Source: Candidatus Parcubacteria bacterium
GTDB lineage: Bacteria; Patescibacteriota; Saccharimonadia; UBA4664; JBIOIQ01
Reading direction: 5' to 3'
DNA: 64,000 bases
Assembly (NCBI GenBank): GCA_963718875.1
Contig: OY970378.1
Location: forward strand, 669,373 to 733,372
Shown: piece after piece, positions 10,125 to 19,931 of the stretch
Numbering within the stretch: position 1 is the first letter of the stretch
How the letters are laid out: the number at the start of each line of letters is the position of its first letter
The notes under the pieces: generated by a model
Told to the model about the DNA's origin: nothing
What the model saw: only the letters and a program-made list of their open reading frames with translations
The model's database searches: none
Program-made: the position numbers and the translations under genes

Positions 10125-10310
10125 TTACCAACTGGACTTTACAACGCCGGGGATCTGGCCCCGACTGGCGTATTCACGGAAACAAATGCGACAGAGCGAA
10201 AACTTACGAATATACCCGCGTGGGCGACCACAGATTTTACAGCGGTTTATTTGGCGGGAAGAAAATTTAGGCTTGCGCTGCGCCTTAACAATCATAGCAA
10301 CACGTGCCAT
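10125..10310 (-). CDS. rpsZ: 30S ribosomal protein S14 type Z (zinc-binding, 61 aa)
   Basis: [24 protein letters not shown]4 zinc ribbon; short-form S14 between rplE and rpsH. Confidence 0.93.
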   Translation of the reverse strand: MARVAMIVKAQRKPKFSSRQINRCKICGRPRGYIRKFSLCRICFREYASRGQIPGVVKSSW

Positions 10311-10855
10311 TACGAGTTCCTCCTAAAGGGAAATCCCATTAATTCTAATAACTTACGGCCTTCTTCAGCCGTCTTGGCGGTGGTAACAATGTTAACTTGG
10401 AGTCCATGACTTGCTCCGGCTTCTTCGTAGGGAATCTCGGGAAATATTGTTTGCTCAGGTATCCCTAGGCTATAGTTTCCTTGGACATCAAAAGCGTCTG
10501 CAGATATTCCTCTGAAGTCACGGATACGGGGAAGAGTTACAGAGATGAGACGGTCAAGGAATTCGTACATCCGTTCACCGCGAATCGTTACGGTAGTGCC
10601 AACTTTATTGCCTTCTCGAAGCTTAAAGCCGGCAATGCTTAGCTTAGCAGCTGTTTGGACGGGCTTCTGCCCAGTTACCTTGCTTAACGTGTGACTGGCA
10701 GCTTCCAGGTATTTTGCATCGACCGTAGCTTTACCGACACCAGCGTTAACCACAACCTTGTTGATTTGGGGAACTTGGTGAGGGTTTGTGTAACCAAATT
10801 CTTTCGTCAATAACACAGTAATTTCTTTTTGATAGCGGTCTTTTAATCTACTCAT
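10310..10855 (-). CDS. rplE: 50S ribosomal protein L5
   Basis: [12 protein letters not shown]...VNAGVG L5 signature (start trimmed to an internal Met; the longest ORF extends to 10879). Confidence 0.93.
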   Translation of the reverse strand: MSRLKDRYQKEITVLLTKEFGYTNPHQVPQINKVVVNAGVGKATVDAKYLEAASHTLSKVTGQKPVQTAAKLSIAGFKLREGNKVGTTVTIRGERMYEFLDRLISVTLPRIRDFRGISADAFDVQGNYSLGIPEQTIFPEIPYEEAGASHGLQVNIVTTAKTAEEGRKLLELMGFPFRRNS

Positions 10856-10857
10856 AG

Positions 10858-11166
10858 TTATTTCACCACTGCCTGACATTTGCGGCAGATTCGTTCTTTG
10901 TTATCGCCATTAATTTGGTATCCCACACGAGTGGGCTTTTTGCAGGAAGGGCAAACAAGTGCGACCTTACTGGCGTTTATGGGTTTAGCTATTTCTAGTA
11001 TGCCTCCGCGAGGTACCTTATTTGAAGGCTTAGTATGTCGTTTTACTACGTTAAGGTTATTGGCAATAATTTTTCCAATTTGAGGCAAAACCCGTTCTAT
11101 CTCGCCAGTTTTTCCTTTGTCTTTACCGGCCAGGACTATAATAGTATCTTTGCGTCGCAATTTCAT
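10858..11166 (-). CDS. rplX: 50S ribosomal protein L24, with a C-terminal C-x2-C...C-x2-C zinc-ribbon variant
   Basis: [26 protein letters not shown] motif; C-terminus CPSCKKPTRVGYQINGDNKERICRKCQ. Confidence 0.9.
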   Translation of the reverse strand: MKLRRKDTIIVLAGKDKGKTGEIERVLPQIGKIIANNLNVVKRHTKPSNKVPRGGILEIAKPINASKVALVCPSCKKPTRVGYQINGDNKERICRKCQAVVK

Positions 11167-11534
11167 TACAATACCTCCGGAGCGAGTGAGACAATTTTCA
11201 TATAGCCAGCTTCGCGAAGTTCACGTCCGATTGGTCCAAAAATGCGAGTACCACGAGGTTGGCCGGACTTATCAATAAGGACCGCGGCGTTTTCGTCGAA
11301 CCTAATACTTGAGCCATCGGTGCGATGCGTTGTGTTGGCTGTACGGACTATAACTGCCCGGACAACTTCTTTTTTCTTAACGTTGGCGCCTGGGGTAGCG
11401 GCTTTAACACTAGCAACTATGATGTCACCAACACCAGCGTATCGGCGCCGTGATCCGCCGAGTACTTTAATACATAGTAGATCTTTGGCTCCACTGTTGT
11501 CAGCAACTTTTAATCTTGTTTCTGCTTGTACCAT
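11166..11534 (-). CDS. rplN: 50S ribosomal protein L14
   Basis: [17 protein letters not shown]... L14 N-terminus (internal Met chosen; the longest ORF starts 5 codons earlier). Confidence 0.95.
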   Translation of the reverse strand: MVQAETRLKVADNSGAKDLLCIKVLGGSRRRYAGVGDIIVASVKAATPGANVKKKEVVRAVIVRTANTTHRTDGSSIRFDENAAVLIDKSGQPRGTRIFGPIGRELREAGYMKIVSLAPEVL

Positions 11535-11538
11535 AATA

Positions 11539-11790
11539 TTATCCTTCAACCTCAGTTGCTGAGATGCGCCTTGTTACCTGCCATCGCTTGGTACGACTAA
11601 GCGGTCGCGATTCCGCAATTTCCACTAAATCTCCATTTTTATATTGGTTGGTTTCATCGTGGGCTTTAAATTTTTGGGTTACTTTATACTTTTTACGGTA
11701 GATAGGGTGTTCTTTGACGCTTGCAACAGCCACTACAACCGTTTTTTCCATGACGTCTGAAACAACAGTACCGTGTAATGTTCTACTCAT
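11539..11790 (-). CDS. rpsQ: 30S ribosomal protein S17
   Basis: [22 protein letters not shown]... S17; start trimmed so it does not run through rpmC. Confidence 0.92.
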   Translation of the reverse strand: MSRTLHGTVVSDVMEKTVVVAVASVKEHPIYRKKYKVTQKFKAHDETNQYKNGDLVEIAESRPLSRTKRWQVTRRISATEVEG

Positions 11791-12019
11791 GTGATGCTCC
11801 TTCGTCTGATGCCGAACTTCCAAACTCTTCGGCCAACTCGCGTTGACGCTTGACCGTAAGGGCTTGGGCAATGGTTTTTTTAAGAGCGGCAGTTTGTTTA
11901 ACGTTGTTTACTTTCTTTGTTCGCATTTCGACGGCGTGCTCGGCTAAGGCTTTTTGCTGGTCTTGAATGAAAGCGGATAGCTCTTTGGAAGTTTTGTCGG
12001 TAATTATACTGAGTTTCAT
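11783..12019 (-). CDS. rpmC: 50S ribosomal protein L29
   Basis: 78 aa, ...[29 protein letters not shown] coiled L29 pattern; lies between rplP and rpsQ. Confidence 0.9.
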   Translation of the reverse strand: MKLSIITDKTSKELSAFIQDQQKALAEHAVEMRTKKVNNVKQTAALKKTIAQALTVKRQRELAEEFGSSASDEGASHE

Positions 12020-12444
12020 TATTCAACCTCTCCAGCTATGTGGCGTACCACAAAGCGAGTTTTAACTGGCAGTTTTGCCGCAGCCAAGCGCATGGCTTCC
12101 TTGGCAACATCCTCGGTAATCCCGTCCATTTCAAATAAAATCATGCCGGGTCGAACTTTGGCCGCGTAGTGGTCAATCGAGCCCTTGCCACTACCCATTC
12201 TAACCTCAGCAGGTTTACGTGTAATAGGAGTGTCCGGAAAAATGCGAATCCAGATTTTGCCGCCGCGTTTAACATATCGAGTCATTGCGCGGCGAGCTGA
12301 TTCTATCTGACGAGAGCTAATGCGGTCTGTGTCTAGGGTTTTTAAACCATAGCGGCCAAAGCTGACTTCGATTCCACGAGTAGCTACGCCGGTAATCCGG
12401 CCCTTTTGTTGCTTGCGATATTTTGTCTTCTTGGGTAATAACAT
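12019..12444 (-). CDS. rplP: 50S ribosomal protein L16
   Basis: 141 aa [19 protein letters not shown]... Confidence 0.95.
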   Translation of the reverse strand: MLLPKKTKYRKQQKGRITGVATRGIEVSFGRYGLKTLDTDRISSRQIESARRAMTRYVKRGGKIWIRIFPDTPITRKPAEVRMGSGKGSIDHYAAKVRPGMILFEMDGITEDVAKEAMRLAAAKLPVKTRFVVRHIAGEVE

Positions 12445-12453
12445 ATTTATCTC

Positions 12454-13080
12454 TTAAAACTTCTCGCCTTTATATACCCATACTTTCACACCAATTACTC
12501 CGTAAGTTGTGCGAGCAATGGTGGACGCAAAGTCAATGTCTGCTCGGATGGTATGGAGTGGGATGCTTCCCTGGGCGGTTGTTTCACGCCGAGCCATTTC
12601 CGCGCCGTTTAAACGACCAGCTACTGTTACTTTGGCACCTAGTGCACCAGCTTTCATGGCATTTTCAGCGGCCATCTTCATGGCTCTGCGGAATGAAATG
12701 CGGCGTTCGAGCTGGCTGGCAATATTTTCAGCTACAAGTGCGGCATTAGTTTCGGGTTTTTTTACTTCCTCAATACTAATTTTGACAGGTCCGCCAACTT
12801 GCTTGGACAAAATATTTTTAAGTTCTTCTGAGCTGCTGCCGCCTCGACCAATTACTACTCCTGGTTTAGATGTGTGGATTGTGACCGCTAGCAGGTTGGG
12901 TGAGCGCTCTATAATTACTTTAGCTAGTCCTGCTCTTTTTCCAAGTTTTTTTTCTACACCTCGACGTATCTTAAGGTCGCTAATGAGCTGAGCGGCATAG
13001 TCTTTGGTGGCGAACCAGCGTGATTGCCAGTCTTTGTCTACTTGTAGACGCAGGCTGCGGGGGTTAACTTTTTGGCCCAT
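12454..13080 (-). CDS. rpsC: 30S ribosomal protein S3
   Basis: 208 aa [14 protein letters not shown]... KH domain. Confidence 0.95.
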   Translation of the reverse strand: MGQKVNPRSLRLQVDKDWQSRWFATKDYAAQLISDLKIRRGVEKKLGKRAGLAKVIIERSPNLLAVTIHTSKPGVVIGRGGSSSEELKNILSKQVGGPVKISIEEVKKPETNAALVAENIASQLERRISFRRAMKMAAENAMKAGALGAKVTVAGRLNGAEMARRETTAQGSIPLHTIRADIDFASTIARTTYGVIGVKVWVYKGEKF

Positions 13081-13529
13081 TATGTGGTCTCCTCGGCGGT
13101 TTTACTTGCTGCAGATGGTTTAACAGGTAGCTTGGGACTAGCGTCAGTAGACTTAGCTAAACCCTTGGACAGACTCATAGGTTTGGTTGTAGCTACTTTA
13201 TTATCGGAGAGAACAACTGTTATGTGACTTGAGCGCTTGCGAATACTAGCTGCGGCGCCTTTAGCACGAGCACGAAAGCGCTTTAAGGTTGGAGCTGGTC
13301 CTACTAAAACTGACTCAACAATTAAATCGCCTTTTTTAGCGTTGTCGTTGTTTTGAGCGTTCGCAAGGGCTGAGGCTAACACTTTTCCGACGGGCTCAGT
13401 TGCGCGCTTGCCGGTATGCTCCAGGATGCTTTGAGCTGAAATAACACTTTTGCCACGAATAAGGGCAGCCACGAGGCTGATTTTGCGGCTGGAGGTGCCA
13501 ATATATTTTGCTGTTGCTGTGGCTTTCAC
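13080..13529 (-). CDS. rplV: 50S ribosomal protein L22
   Basis: [27 protein letters not shown]... L22, with a C-terminal Ala/Lys-rich extension. Confidence 0.93.
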   Translation of the reverse strand: MKATATAKYIGTSSRKISLVAALIRGKSVISAQSILEHTGKRATEPVGKVLASALANAQNNDNAKKGDLIVESVLVGPAPTLKRFRARAKGAAASIRKRSSHITVVLSDNKVATTKPMSLSKGLAKSTDASPKLPVKPSAASKTAEETT

Positions 13530-13804
13530 TTACTTTGCTCCTTAGCAAGTTTACCGCCGTGGCCGCGGAATTTGCGCGTGGGCGAGAATTCACCCAGTTT
13601 GTGGCCAACCATATTTTCTGTTACAAAAACTGGTACATGTAGCTTTCCATTGTGGACGCCAAAGGTACGGCCAACAAATTCAGGAGGAACGGTACAATTA
13701 CGCGACCATGTTTTTAATACCGTCTTATCGTTTGCCCCTAAAGAGGCGACGCGACGCATAAGACGCTCATCGACGTAAGGACCTTTTTTTAGTGATCGAC
13801 TCAT
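13526..13804 (-). CDS. rpsS: 30S ribosomal protein S19
   Basis: 92 aa [19 protein letters not shown]... Confidence 0.95.
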   Translation of the reverse strand: MSRSLKKGPYVDERLMRRVASLGANDKTVLKTWSRNCTVPPEFVGRTFGVHNGKLHVPVFVTENMVGHKLGEFSPTRKFRGHGGKLAKEQSK

Positions 13805-14638
13805 TTAGCGTCTCCTTCCGGCTTTACGACCGCGGATAATCATAGCATTAGTACCCTTGCGATTACGAGTTTTATACCCTAATGCAGGCTTACCCCATGG
13901 TGTCTTGGGATTCATTCCTAGTGACGTATGGCCCTCACCTCCACCATGGGGGTGATCCACAGGATTCATGCTTTTACCAAGTACGCTTGGGCGCCAGCCC
14001 ATACGACGGCGACGTCCGGCGCTGCCGTACTTAATGTTTTGGTGGGCTTCGTTGCCAACACTACCGATGGTTGCGGAGCAATCTTGGTGAACCAGTCGAA
14101 CTTCGCCGCTAGGAAGTTTTATTTGGCAAAAAGGAACATCTTTGGCAACCAGCTGGGCTTTGGAGCCGGCACTACGGGCAATTTGGCCGCCCTTACCTAA
14201 TACCAGCTCAATGTTGTATATCTGGGTGCCAGCAGGGATGTTTTTTAGCGGCAATCTATTGCCTTTTTTTATCTCAGCTTCGGAACCTGTGGCAATATTA
14301 TCCCCTACCTTCATTCCGCTACCTGCTAAAACATAAGCCAGCTTACCGTTTTCTAACTTAACTAGGGCAATGTTGGCTGAGCGGTTTGGGTCGTACTCAA
14401 TGGCTGTTACAGTAGCCTTCAGGTTGGCTGCTAAGTTAAAGCTAACCAAGCGGTAAAAGCGTTTAACGCCGCCGCCGCGATGTCGAACGGTAATTTTTCC
14501 TTGGTTGTTACGGCCGGCGTTTGACTTAGTATGAACGAGCAATGACTTTTCTGGTTTCTTTTTGGTGATTGCCGAAGAATCAGCAGTAGTCATGCCTCGT
14601 CTAGCTGGTGTGGTTGGCTTATAGAGCTTAATAGCCAT
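13805..14638 (-). CDS. rplB: 50S ribosomal protein L2
   Basis: 277 aa MAIKLYKPTTPARRGMTT...; conserved GGGVKRFYR and HPHGGGEG motifs. Confidence 0.96.
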   Translation of the reverse strand: MAIKLYKPTTPARRGMTTADSSAITKKKPEKSLLVHTKSNAGRNNQGKITVRHRGGGVKRFYRLVSFNLAANLKATVTAIEYDPNRSANIALVKLENGKLAYVLAGSGMKVGDNIATGSEAEIKKGNRLPLKNIPAGTQIYNIELVLGKGGQIARSAGSKAQLVAKDVPFCQIKLPSGEVRLVHQDCSATIGSVGNEAHQNIKYGSAGRRRRMGWRPSVLGKSMNPVDHPHGGGEGHTSLGMNPKTPWGKPALGYKTRNRKGTNAMIIRGRKAGRRR

Positions 14639-14919
14639 TATTTTGCTCCCTCAAACAATGCGATCGATTGACCTTTTTGCAGTGTTACCATGGCTTTCTT
14701 GGTGTCGCGCTCTTGGCCCAAAGTTTTCTTGAAACGCTTGATTTTACCCTTGGTGATAAGCATATTTACGCCTTTGACTTTAACCTTGAATGCTTTTTCG
14801 ACAGCTTTAGAAACTTCAATTTTGTTGGTAGATGCAGGCACTTCAAAGATATAAACGTTTTTTTCAGCTAAGGCAATGGCCTTTTCGCTGATGCGAGGAG
14901 TGAGAATGAGGCTACTCAT
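14638..14919 (-). CDS. rplW: 50S ribosomal protein L23
   Basis: 93 aa, positioned between rplD and rplB; ...NKIEVSKAVEKAFKVKV... Confidence 0.92.
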   Translation of the reverse strand: MSSLILTPRISEKAIALAEKNVYIFEVPASTNKIEVSKAVEKAFKVKVKGVNMLITKGKIKRFKKTLGQERDTKKAMVTLQKGQSIALFEGAK

Positions 14920-15607
14920 TGTCAGCCTCCTTTACGGTTTTTTCTTTGGTCAACGGTTTTGTTTCGACCGAAGCTTTTTTGTCACCTAACCAGCCTTCAA
15001 TAATTGGCAAGGACTTTTCAGTGATTATAATAAGATCGGCATTTAAGATATCAAAAACGTTCAGATACTTAGAAGAAACGACTCTGAGGTTGCCGATATT
15101 CTGGGTCGCTCGAGTTACAAGTGCGTCTTTAAGGTCAACGACTAAGAGAATGTTGCCTTTAGCCTCTAAATTGGTAAGTAGTCCTAGGGTGGGCTTTACT
15201 TTGCCCTCTGGGCACTCAAACGTTTCGAGGAAAATAATCTTATTGTCAGTTGCTTGGGCACTTAGGGCGTGTCGAATGGCTAGGCGGCGGACCTTAACAG
15301 GCAAATTGATACTGTAATTTTCATTTCCTGATGGACCAAAAATTACGCCACCACCGCGCCAGTTGGGGACACGGCTTGATCCTACGCGGGCTCGTCCGGT
15401 GCCTTTTTGACGCCAGGGTTTTTTGCCTCCTCCTCGGACTTCGCCTCTTTTTAGAGTGGTAGCGGAGACGGATCGTCCATTTGCTAGATAAGCGCGGTAG
15501 GCTAAATCAAGTACTTCGTGGTTTGGTTCAAGACCAAAAACAGCTTTATCAAGCTTCAAACTTGTTTCTTTTTTGGTTCCGGTTTTGGTGAATGCTGTTA
15601 TAGCCAT
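14912..15607 (-). CDS. rplD: 50S ribosomal protein L4
   Basis: 231 aa; KPWRQKGTGRARVGSSRVPNWRGGGV core. Confidence 0.95.
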   Translation of the reverse strand: MAITAFTKTGTKKETSLKLDKAVFGLEPNHEVLDLAYRAYLANGRSVSATTLKRGEVRGGGKKPWRQKGTGRARVGSSRVPNWRGGGVIFGPSGNENYSINLPVKVRRLAIRHALSAQATDNKIIFLETFECPEGKVKPTLGLLTNLEAKGNILLVVDLKDALVTRATQNIGNLRVVSSKYLNVFDILNADLIIITEKSLPIIEGWLGDKKASVETKPLTKEKTVKEADNE

Positions 15608-16266
15608 TATAAGCCTTTCACCAATACTATTCCCTTGCGTGGTCCGGGAACTTGGCCGTAAACACCTAGTACTTTGTGTTCGGCGTCGACAATCATAATT
15701 TTTACACCGCGAACGGTGTTGCGTTTATTGCCCATTTGTCCGGCCATGCGCATGCCTTTAAATACATGTTCTGGATAGCCCGCCCCGATAGAGCCGGGCG
15801 CACGATAGTTGTGCGAGCCGTGAGTTTTGGGACCGGTAGCAAAATTATGTCGCTTAACGGTGCCGGCAAAACCTTTGCCCTTGCTTGTGCCGGTGATTTG
15901 AACCTTGTCGCCAACCTCAAATGTTGTTACATCTAGCTTAGAGCCAACCTTCAGGTCATCGGTGCCTTCTTCGGAGCTTGCGTCGGGCTTATTGGTGTTG
16001 TTAAGGTCTGTGCGGATTTCACGCAAGATTTTGGAGTTGGTATTGGCTGCCTTGAGGTGTCCCATCTGAGGGCGGGCTTGGTGCTTAGCCTCGCCATAGC
16101 CAATTTGCACTGCGTCATAACCGTCTTTGACTTCGGTTTTTATTTGTGTGACCACACAAGGCCCAGCTTCAATAAGGGTAATGCGAGCAACATTGCCTTC
16201 TTCATCGAAGATCTGAGTCATGCCGAGTTTTCGTCCGATCAATGCTTTCATAAGGCCCTTTAACAA
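15607..16266 (-). CDS. rplC: 50S ribosomal protein L3
   Basis: 219 aa GMTQIFDEEGNVARITLIEAGPC...; first gene of the S10-type operon here (no rpsJ upstream). Confidence 0.95.
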   Translation of the reverse strand: MLKGLMKALIGRKLGMTQIFDEEGNVARITLIEAGPCVVTQIKTEVKDGYDAVQIGYGEAKHQARPQMGHLKAANTNSKILREIRTDLNNTNKPDASSEEGTDDLKVGSKLDVTTFEVGDKVQITGTSKGKGFAGTVKRHNFATGPKTHGSHNYRAPGSIGAGYPEHVFKGMRMAGQMGNKRNTVRGVKIMIVDAEHKVLGVYGQVPGPRKGIVLVKGL

Positions 16267-16392
16267 AAAATAATCCTAGCAAGCAGCTGGTTTCCCTTAT
16301 CGGGACCTGTCTACTTCCCAGTCGTTTATCTTAGATATTTTACGTGGCTACTCAAGGAAGAGTATCAAAGATTGGCTTGAGTGTCAATCAGC

Positions 16393-17289
16393 TTGTAATA
16401 AGGTTCATTACACTAAAGCGGAACAAGCTACAATCTAACTAGGACTAACCAGTTAGAAAAGGAGACTTGTTCCAATGACCACATTAGCAGATCTACCGGT
16501 AACAGACCAAGAATGTTTTAACCAAGTGCTAGTACATCTTTATCCCGAGGGCCCTATTTGCCCTTGGATGTCCCACTCAAACATCCACATAACTACTCAG
16601 TATCTTTGGTGCGGCACCTGTCGTCGTAAATGGAGCTTAAAGAAACAAGTCGGCTTTGGGTCGTCTAAGCTCGGCTGGAGGAGGATTCTGGAACTGGTGA
16701 CTTGCTGGAGCGGTAAGCAGTCACCTGGCGACATTATCACCTCAACGGGGCTGTCCTACTGGACGATCCAACGCTGGTTAGAACGCTTGCGATCTAGACT
16801 ACCAGTCGACAAGAGCCAGTTAGTCGGGCTACTGGAGATAGACCAGAGCTATCTAGGTCGGCAGAAATATGGTAACCAACACATTGTTATGGGTATCGTG
16901 GACCGGGAAACCAACCTCGTAAGACTAGCTGAGATACTAGATTGTGAGCAGGATAGCATAGAAGGTTTTCTCGATCAGTATGCCACTCTCGGTAGCCTGA
17001 TCTTTGCTGATGCTCACGCCTCTCACCTTGGCCTAATGGAAGTTGGCTATGGTCTGGAGATCTGCAACCATTCCATTGGCCACTTTGGACCAACCAACCG
17101 CATTGAAGGGATCTGGAGCTGCCTGGATCGGTTTACCAGACGTACCCGCGACCGCTTCATGCATCAGTTCTTACCGGGATTACTCAGAGAGTTCCAGGCT
17201 AGAAAGAACCACCCAGAGTTGTTCAGTAGCCCATTTATATTACTTAAAAGTATGTCTGTTCCGTTTTAGTGGACAGAACCTTGTAATAA
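16393..17289 (+). mobile_element. IS1595-family insertion sequence (~879 bp, 16402-17280) with ~24-bp imperfect terminal IRs and flanking 9-10 bp direct repeat (C)TTGTAATAA
   Basis: IRL GGTTCATTACACTAAAGCGGAACA versus reverse complement of IRR GGTTCTGTCCACTAAAACGGAACA (19/24 match); direct repeats at 16393-16401 and 17281-17289; single transposase ORF fills the element. Confidence 0.7.
16475..17269 (+). CDS. IS1595-family (ISXO2-like) DDE transposase
   Basis: N-terminal C-x2-C...C-x2-C zinc ribbon, LLEIDQSYLGRQKYG...IVMGIVDR and TNRIEGIWSCLDRF motifs characteristic of IS1595/ISXO2 transposases. Confidence 0.75.
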   Translation: MTTLADLPVTDQECFNQVLVHLYPEGPICPWMSHSNIHITTQYLWCGTCRRKWSLKKQVGFGSSKLGWRRILELVTCWSGKQSPGDIITSTGLSYWTIQRWLERLRSRLPVDKSQLVGLLEIDQSYLGRQKYGNQHIVMGIVDRETNLVRLAEILDCEQDSIEGFLDQYATLGSLIFADAHASHLGLMEVGYGLEICNHSIGHFGPTNRIEGIWSCLDRFTRRTRDRFMHQFLPGLLREFQARKNHPELFSSPFILLKSMSVPF

Positions 17290-17673
17290 TGAATATTTGC
17301 GAATCAGGGATAAAAGGTGGTTTGCGGCTCAGCGGATCTATTAACCAATTTTCGAATGAGTTGAAGGTTGTAAGGCAATAAATGAAGAAAATGTTGTTGA
17401 CTTTGTGTCAATTATAATGTATATTAGCTAATTAATTTTAGTGAGCGAGAAATGCGCAATGTTTACCATAATTCCCATATATATTTTGCCACCTGTGTAG
17501 GGCTGTATTTAACCAACTATGCTATTTATATTTACTTACCTAGCGAGCTAACTCAACTTCGGACAATAATGTCTACAGTCATGCTCGTACTTCTACTGCT
17601 GTCGATGGTAGCTGCCCTAGGTTTTATTTTTAAGCCTGCTGGTAAACTGCAAACTACGACCGAAAAAGGTTCG

Positions 17674-18030
17674 TTAACTCGTGGCAAAGTTAAAGAAAAC
17701 ACCAAGACCCGCAAACGCTAATAGTGCTGCAATAAGCAGTATGGCGTATTCGATTTTGCGATCAATCTGAAAATGGTCATGACTGCTAAAAATTAGGCCT
17801 AAGATGAGCCCTATGGGCAAAACTACTCGGCCATTAACCTTGATCCAAATGCTACCAAGGATGAAATACATTAATATTTTTAAGAAATAAACACTGCCGG
17901 ACTCTTGAGCTTGTTTTTTGTGTGCCATGGCATAATTTAAGCATAATCGCTTTAACGGTGCAAGCTCTTTGGGAATTTGCGAATTATGAACCCGAGAATC
18001 AGGAATTGTGGGCTGCAGTCGTCTCTTCAT
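17674..18030 (-). CDS. Hypothetical small membrane protein (2-3 TM helices)
   Basis: 118-aa ORF directly downstream of the NUDIX gene on the same strand; hydrophobic segments; no recognisable motif. Confidence 0.35.
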   Translation of the reverse strand: MKRRLQPTIPDSRVHNSQIPKELAPLKRLCLNYAMAHKKQAQESGSVYFLKILMYFILGSIWIKVNGRVVLPIGLILGLIFSSHDHFQIDRKIEYAILLIAALLAFAGLGVFFNFATS

Positions 18031-18107
18031 TTATTGCCTGAGCTAGTCGAAGGCTCAAGTGCGCAATTGCCCTTTGACAGACTAAGATGATGTAACGAGG
18101 CACAGCT

Positions 18108-18575
18108 TTAGATTATGCCCGCGTTTCTTGCGGCCTCAAGGTCGCGCATGGTTTGCGAATGGAGGGGCGAGGGCAGGCTTTCAAGGGTAAACCAGCCTAT
18201 ATCCTCAATTTTATGGGGATAGCCATTTTTAACTCGGGTTGGATCAACCTTGACGGCGTAAGAAAAAGCAATCCAATGAGTAGGCTTGTTGTTTAAAGTC
18301 CTGGTTACTTCGTACCAATCCAGAAATGTCATGTCTTGGCTTTCTGCAGACAGCTCTTCCTTGACCTCTCGTCTGATAGCATCGGGTATGCTTTCGTTAA
18401 ACTCAACTACTCCACCACCATTATCCCACACTCCCTGCTCGTCCCGACAGTTTTGACTACGCTTATGAAGCACGAATTTTCCTTTGCCGTCATGGACAAC
18501 AAAACAAGCAGCAACACCAACATAATCTACGCCCGGTCTTAGATCCTGGCGCTTATACTCTTTAGAATCAGTCAT
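18108..18575 (-). CDS. NUDIX hydrolase
   Basis: Nudix box GGVVEFNESIPDAIRREVKEELS (G-x5-E-x7-REVxEE); 8-nt overlap with upstream rarA. Confidence 0.8.
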   Translation of the reverse strand: MTDSKEYKRQDLRPGVDYVGVAACFVVHDGKGKFVLHKRSQNCRDEQGVWDNGGGVVEFNESIPDAIRREVKEELSAESQDMTFLDWYEVTRTLNNKPTHWIAFSYAVKVDPTRVKNGYPHKIEDIGWFTLESLPSPLHSQTMRDLEAARNAGII

Positions 18576-19779
18576 TTTTAGCTTCCTGTGGTCGGTAAAA
18601 GATTACCCCATCTAGTCCTTCAGGCATAAAACCCTTGGGATGCTCAAATCCCGGCTTCCATTTATAATCCTGCCCGTATTGAAGCTTTTTCATCAGTGAG
18701 GTTGGCGCATTGCGCAGATGCAGCGGCGGTTCGGCTGTTGGGTTATCCGCTACAGCCTGTGTAGCATTATTTATAGCATCATAGGCGGCTCTAGACTTGG
18801 GGCTAGTGGCCATTGCAATGGTGGTGTGACTCAAATTAATGCGGCATTCAGGCATTCCAATTCGCTCCACAGCTAAAAACGTTGATACAGCAAGGTTAAG
18901 CGCATCGGAATTAGCCATACCAACATCTTCGGAAGCAAAGATTACCATTCGCCGAGCAATAAACTTGGGGTCTTCGCCGGCTTCAAGCATTCTGGCAAGG
19001 TAAAATAAGGCAGCATTTACTGCTCCACCGCGCAAAGATTTAATATATGCAGAGATGAGGTTGTAGTGAAATTCTCCTCCCTTATCGTAGCGCAAACTGG
19101 TGGACTGCATGGCCTGTTTTATAACCGGTGTTGTAATGGTTGAAGCAAGACTTGCGGCTACTTCAAGACCGCCCAAAGCCATGCGGGCATCTCCTGCCGC
19201 TAACTCAGATAACAAGGCTTTTGCATCAGTTTCAATGGTTTTTCCTGGTAGCTCAGACATTGCCCTGTCAATAATAATCTGTAGCTGGCTAGGCGAAAGT
19301 GGCTCAAGCACGACTACTCGACTACGCGATAAAAGTGGCCCTATGACCTCGAATGAAGGGTTTTCGGTGGTGGCGCCGATCAAAATAATTGTGCCGTTTT
19401 CAACATGAGGCAAGAAGGCATCTTGTTGGGCTTTGTTAAACCGGTGTATTTCGTCTATAAAAAGAACGGTTTTTTGACCCATCTTGGTTCGCTCACTAGC
19501 TTGCTGGATAAGTTTTTTTACCTCAGGAAGGCCGGCGGCAACCGCTGATATCTCTTCAAAGGCAGCCTGGCTTGAGGCGGCAACTATTCGAGCTAGAGTA
19601 GTTTTGCCTGTCCCAGGGGGGCCCCAGAGTATCAATGACGTTGGCTGCCCAGCTTCAACAAGTTTGCGTATAAATTGGTTGTCACCTAAGACATGTTCCT
19701 GGCCAACAACTTCTTTTAAGTCTCGAGGTCGTATCCTATCCGCCAAAGGCTTTTGATTATTGGATTCAAATAGGTTCAT
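18568..19779 (-). CDS. rarA: Replication-associated recombination protein A (RarA/MgsA AAA+ ATPase)
   Basis: Walker A GPPGTGKTTLARIVA, Walker B VLFIDEIHRFNKAQQD, sensor and C-terminal MgsA domains. Confidence 0.9.
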   Translation of the reverse strand: MNLFESNNQKPLADRIRPRDLKEVVGQEHVLGDNQFIRKLVEAGQPTSLILWGPPGTGKTTLARIVAASSQAAFEEISAVAAGLPEVKKLIQQASERTKMGQKTVLFIDEIHRFNKAQQDAFLPHVENGTIILIGATTENPSFEVIGPLLSRSRVVVLEPLSPSQLQIIIDRAMSELPGKTIETDAKALLSELAAGDARMALGGLEVAASLASTITTPVIKQAMQSTSLRYDKGGEFHYNLISAYIKSLRGGAVNAALFYLARMLEAGEDPKFIARRMVIFASEDVGMANSDALNLAVSTFLAVERIGMPECRINLSHTTIAMATSPKSRAAYDAINNATQAVADNPTAEPPLHLRNAPTSLMKKLQYGQDYKWKPGFEHPKGFMPEGLDGVIFYRPQEAKND

Positions 19780-19931
19780 ATTGCTTCTATAATACCGAAA
19801 TCAAACCGAAGCTACTAATTTGCCAAATTACTCAGCCCTGCTGGACGATGGATAAGCTCAATTATAGCTTCTTTTTAAGCGAGTGTGGCTTTGGTCAATG
19901 ACCTAAGATTTTAACCTTGCGCGGTTTATCG

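Noticed and set aside
17452-17721. 89-aa plus-strand ORF (possible 50-aa membrane peptide starting MSTVMLVLLLL...) overlapping the 3' end of the minus-strand 118-aa ORF
   Set aside because: It overlaps another ORF convergently, lacks an SD, and its N-terminal part is Tyr/Ile-rich AT-driven sequence. It cannot be supported without conservation data.
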